Assembly (NCBI GenBank): GCA_030704615.1
Contig: CM060732.1
Location: 41,230,001 to 41,294,000, forward strand
DNA length: 64,000 bases
Source of the DNA: Takakia lepidozioides
Taxonomy: Eukaryota > Plantae > Bryophyta
Direction: 5' to 3'
The first letter of the stretch is position 1. Each line of letters starts with the position of its first letter. The position numbers were made by a program, and so were the translations under genes. Below are positions 58,783-64,000 of this stretch, piece after piece. The notes under the pieces are model-generated. The model ran no database searches. It saw only the letters and a list, made by a program, of their open reading frames with translations, and had not been told where the DNA came from.

Positions 58783-59587
58783 TGTGGGAGCTAGAGAGGG
58801 TAGGAGGGAAGAGTGGTGGAGAAGCTGTTAGGGTATATTGCACTGTTGTGAGGAGGGGTGTCGATATCAAGTCGTTCATGTCACTGGATTAGGAGTCCGT
58901 GCAGAATGCACAAATATTTGACTTTGACTTGACGTATCATTGACTTTTGACTGCAAGGACCGACTTTACTAACACATAAATATTGATGTGCTGTTGTCGT
59001 TAATTTCAATTCTTAAATATGGTACGATTTTTTTTATTTTTTTTCCCTTCAATAATTTTAATAAATTAATGGGCTTCTTCCCCTTTACTCAAAAAGAAAA
59101 AAGAATAAAACCTCGTAGGTCATTAATATAGCAAAAAAACCGCACACCACACCTAAACAAACCAAAAACCAAATGAGAGAGAGAGAGAGGAGGAAGAGCA
59201 TTATCTGCTCAAATGAGGGAAGAGAGGCATGCAAGAGTATGAGGTAAAGGCCACATTTAATTTTATGTATTATGGAATGGGCAAACTGCTACCCATTCTG
59301 CCAATTAGAGGCTGCAAACTGCGGACCAAGTAATGAGCTTTTGAATTGCAACAAGAGGACCAAGGATATCAAGAAGAGGTTTTACAAAGTCAAACTTGCA
59401 ACATTTTAAGAGCATAATGAGCAGCTCTGCAACCTCTGATTGGCGAGACATGGTAATGGGCTGTACAAAATCGAGCCTATGATTATGCTGGCAAAGCATA
59501 TTTTGCTTCTTAGTTTGTCTCCTAAAGCGGAAAAATTTGCCTAAAAAATCCTATATATATATATATATATATAATATTATTAAACTT

Positions 59588-59791
59588 AAAACCCATACCC
59601 AACCTGCTTCACAGCCCCCAGAAGAAGCACGTATAGCGGGTCTTGGATGCACAAAGTGGGTCCGAGTTCATTTTTGAAATGAACCACGGGTCCGGCTATT
59701 TGGTGACATTGTGGGTTCGGGTCCGGGTCCGGGTTACATATATCCTTATCTGCTGGGTACCCAAGGTCAGGACCCGTACCCGCACAACACT
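59588..59791. mobile_element. hAT-like element end (CAGTGTTG terminus with CGGGT/ACCCG subterminal repeats)
   Basis: Reverse complement of 59769-59791 is CAGTGTTGTGCGGGTACGGGTCC, with many cgggt motifs upstream. The other end was not found. Confidence 0.5.
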
Positions 59792-61838
59792 GGTCAAGAC
59801 CAAGGGATAGCATAACTGGCACTACTGAAGAGAGCAAAGAGACAAAAAAAAACCCATAGAAATCTTGAGAAAAACAAGCCTCAAAAGACAATTGGCTCTC
59901 TTGCTTTGCTTTGGCACAACATAAGAGGAAGGTAAGACTATGGAGCATGACTGGGCACAACACACCAATCAGCCCCTTGACACGGTGTAAGGTACTTTGA
60001 CCACATTTTCTCCTTTGACTTGCATGTCTCCGCAAAGTCTCTCTCTACCAGAGAACCAACAAAGGAACCACAACTAAGCAGCACCCAACTCTAAGTGGGT
60101 TTTGATCTTTGACTGACAAAACTTCCGATGGCATCAATTGACCTCCGGGTCTTCAGTTTCACATGGTGATGGGAAATTTTGAAGGTCAAAAAAAGAGAGA
60201 CGATTGGAGCGACCAATATGATGCAAGAAAGGGTGTGGGAATGTGCACACCTGGCGTGAACCAGCCTTCTAGAAGGAATCTAAGGGTCTAGGCCTCTCCA
60301 GCTCCAACTTATTACTCCTCACTAATCTACACCCAAGGCTTTCTAAAAAGCAAAAAAATGGAACAGGTACCACAAGAAAATTATAGACTAGCTCAATAGC
60401 CATCCATGTTTATCAAGTGCTACAACAAATGATTCGTAGTTGCACATTTGATATGGATTGATTGGTCGGGACAATGGCCACGACAAAATGTAAGGTACAT
60501 TACATGGATAGTGAGAGAGGGGCATGGAATTGACCCGTGTGGGGTCTGAACTCTACTGCCGCTTAACGTAGTGAGGCCAGCCACCCACATATGGTATATC
60601 AAGGAGGAGAATGCACCCCTCCTTACTACTCTAGTATCTACATCTGTGTGTTGAGCAGTAGGCTCTGTAAATTCACTGGACGTTAAAGAAACTTTATCTT
60701 TACATAATTATTTTACTTACTACTTAGTGGGGTCAGCTGTGCGGTTCTGTTGGAAACTTATAAAGCATCTCCGGAACCAAATAAGGCCGGAGGGCTCTCA
60801 CGGTTTCTTGTGGGAATAACCGGAGATTTAAATCTGATAGTATAAGAAGGATCCCTTATAATTCTGACTACGAGGCTTGACCTGCAAAACCCCACTTGCT
60901 CTGTAGAACCAAACAAATAAAACCAACATCTTCGTAACTCACATGGCCCCTTAGAAAATGCAAAATAAACCATAGATATATTATTAGTGTCAAACTATGA
61001 CTATGATGATTGTGACAATAGAATCTTGAGGCCCAATTATCTATTTACAGCTCTATTTCCAGGGGTTTAGCATGGGATAGAGGAAATGATTTGAACCTCT
61101 AGAGTTCTACGTGATTAATATACAAGAGATAGTACCTCATGAATATTAAATATGCAAAAAAAATAAAAAATGCTGAAACTTAGAGGGTGGAGACCGCTCA
61201 ATCAACTATAGTATTTGACAAACATTATTGCTTGTCCAAGATGTACATGAAGTTCATGGTGTTTTTCCTGGTTTTCTGAAACGCTATGAATTTGTGCAGT
61301 TTAAACACAGTTCATATAAATTGTGTGAACTTGAGTATATAGATATATCCGCGTTTATAAGTAGAAGTTTTTGGTACAAGTGTAGATATGCTAAAACTGG
61401 GTTTGTAGCGGGGCAATATTGATCTTGACACCCCTCCATCAGCCCGTTCCGACCACTCGCTCATGTCCAAATTCTCCTGACCCGTTCAGGTCATGTCATC
61501 TGCATCCCTGGCCACCTTTCTATTCATTACTGAGACTGTCCTAAGATCTAAACAACTTGATGGTTAATCGAGCATGTTCCTAACTATATCGCTTACTTCC
61601 ACATTTAATTTCATGATTTCCTTTAGTAAAAATTGGAATATTGTAATCATTTTGTGAGCATGAATGTTTTTTGCAACCTAGTTTGCAGAAAAATAAAATC
61701 ACAAATCTTATCGAAATTCCTGAATGGTTGAACCCAATTTCCGTAGAAATGTATCTCATGATGTTGGGCAGCTTCTTCTAATTGTTTAGATTTTTTGAAC
61801 CATATTTGGATTTGGAATGATCCGGAGGGGAGTCAATA

Positions 61839-62388
61839 CCGTCCCTGGACAACCGTTTAGGCGATAATTAATTCAAAATGAAAGTGCCTAACCAATTCTT
61901 TGAATTTTTCAGATTTTGGCCTAATTGTTCGGAAACTATGGGACCAAAGTGCCTAATGCCCAAAAATTCCAGCAAAAAACTGGCAAGCCTCTTCTCATTT
62001 GTTTGTAATAAGATCAAAATTTCATTGAACAAAAATCAATACAAATTATATGCGTGCGGAAATAACTTCCTACAAATCGAAATCTATTTGCGAGAGCTCC
62101 ATGTAACTTAGAAGGCCCTTGCATGGACTCCACAATGTCATCATCTTAGGGTTTCAAAGGAAATGAAAGGTAGCTGGTCCAGCCTGGAAGGGCCCATGGG
62201 CATTGGGTGTCTATTTTGTAATTTTATTCTTAAGAAAATAAATGTTTTCTCTTCTCATGTGCCTAATTGTAAAAAATTATAGCATGAAGATGCCTAATGT
62301 GAGAAATGGTTTTCAAAACGTGCCTAATTTGCTGATTGATTGAATTTATTATTAGGCGCAAAAATGCCTAAACGGTTGTGCAGGACAG
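61839..62388. mobile_element. Tc1/mariner-type MITE (TA TSD), 550 bp
   Basis: TA|ccgtccctggacaaccgtttaggc ... gcctaaacggttgtgcaggacag|TA, with internal gtgcctaa repeats. Confidence 0.8.
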
Positions 62389-63499
62389 TACATTGCATTT
62401 TTAGCATTGTGCCAATCTTTCTTATTTACAGAATAATTTGGGTTTGTTGTTTAGAATAGAAGGGTCCCAATGTTTTCAATCAAGTTTGGAAAGTCCTCAA
62501 AAAGAAATTGATTGATTCCATCCATGTAAATACTCCCCTCGAATAGGATTTGATGTAGTAATCCATTATTTATGAAGGCTTATGCAAAGGGCCACCCCAT
62601 TCCATGCAAGAAACCCCAATCCACTTTGCCCTTCTTGTGCTCATCTCTCTCACTTGCCAAACAACCGTTTGCATCGGAGTAGACACTCTGGCAAAGCAGA
62701 CCTTATTGTAGATGTTGCATGTTGTAGCTTTAGATTTTGTTGAGAATCCATCGAAAACTCCGTGTTGAAGTAAAACCATGAGGCCATGGCCGCTCAGGCA
62801 TTTAGGGGTTAAAATATGATCTAGAACAATATCAAATGAGCCCACAAAACCCATATTCTCATTAGTGCACAATTGATTTCGTCTGTTACAATCTCTCTTA
62901 TTACGGATTCCATCCCTATGTTGAGTAATTCATCCATATGGAAACTATGTACTTTCATCCAACCATCCTCACGACAATATGGCACACAAAAGACTAATGT
63001 AAGAGAACATGAAATTTCACGTTCCTGGGTCATGTCCTTGATTTCTGTCCCTAATAAAAGTTTAATATATTTTTGTTTGACTATATAAAATGACATGCTT
63101 TCTGCGGCACAAAAAAAAAGAAAAAAATATAGAAGGACGGATGGATTAGATATAAATGGGTGTGCTGATGACTACGTGGATATGCGAAGCATATGCTTGG
63201 AAGAATGATTGAATATGAATGCCATTATGAAGGAGGACTATCCAAATTTGATAATAACCTTGATGGAATGGATTTGTGGATATGCTACCAGTTGGCAGTA
63301 GAGGGCCCACTGTCATTGACCCCCAATTTATGCAAATCCAGTTCTATGACCCATCTGACTGAACAGTTTAATTATCGCAATGACTAAAATAATCATATGA
63401 ATAAGAATAAAGAGCTAAAGTTATTAAGAAGAAGTTGTCATTTTTTCCCTTTCTTGGGAAAATAGGATGGACCCGGTAAATGCATTGAGAAGGTGCTTA

Positions 63500-63827
63500 G
63501 AGCATCTCCACCGGGGGTACACCAAACAACCCTGCAACGGTAACCTCCTGAGGCCTCCAACACTCCCCTCCCCCAGCGGCAACCCCATCAAACTGCCCTG
63601 CACATGTCTTTTCGGCTGACGTGCCTTGCTCCAGAGGGACCACTTGGACTGACGCCGCCTTACCCTCACGCCATAAATGCACGCAATCATGTTTTTAGTC
63701 GCTCCATTAGATACCGGCCGGGTCCGGCGGGCCTATATCCTGCAAGAAAGTACGGGGCACGGATACCAAGGCCGGGGGGCTCCTTTGCCTCTGCCGGGGA
63801 ATTTAGAGACCCCCAATGGAGATACTC
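63500..63827. mobile_element. PIF/Harbinger (Tourist-like) MITE, 328 bp
   Basis: TTA|GAGCATCTCCAccggggg ... cccccaaTGGAGATACTC|TTA. Confidence 0.85.
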
Positions 63828-64000
63828 TTACATAATGCCGTAAAAGCTTACAAAGGTGAACCATGCTTCGCAGAGGAGAGGTTGGGTAGCATGTGAGCAC
63901 GAGGGCGAACTCCCCCCGTACATGGAGAATATTCTACAGCAAAACAATAATTTTGAGAAACTCATAAACCTCTCATAAACATGCGAAACTATTTCTAGTG

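Noticed and set aside
62570-63096. Minus-strand ORF fragments as a transposase or protease
   Set aside because: No diagnostic motif could be recognised.

Overview
Eukaryotic nuclear DNA from a land plant, most likely non-angiosperm (inferred from the intron-containing plant genes, PLS/DYW PPR genes, a Replitron HUH transposase and a DNMT3-type methyltransferase). The window is transposon-dominated. It holds three apparently intact host ORFs: a PPR-DYW gene at 15.7-18.3 kb, a PPR-E gene at 33.7-36.6 kb and THO7 at 41.0-42.4 kb. It also holds several pseudogene fragments: plastid PDH-E1alpha, an ASPM-like gene, a RING-CH/DUF3675 gene and a PPR 5' duplicate. The top candidate for an undescribed system is a decayed Ty3/gypsy LTR retrotransposon (1-8 kb). 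Its Pol frame reads DNMT3-like C5-cytosine methyltransferase - RT - RNase H - integrase - PHD finger, and its gag lies on the opposite strand. A 13.2-kb CACTA element (45025-58233) carries a SET-domain-like ORF inside its transposase gene, and an internal 3.5-kb inversion can be reconstructed to base resolution. Other notable items are a DYW domain lacking its catalytic Glu, a degenerate Replitron, a piggyBac-like (TTAA) MITE, an 86-bp structured retroposed insert and three separate apparent local inversions. All protein-family calls are from motif recognition by eye; no database search was run.
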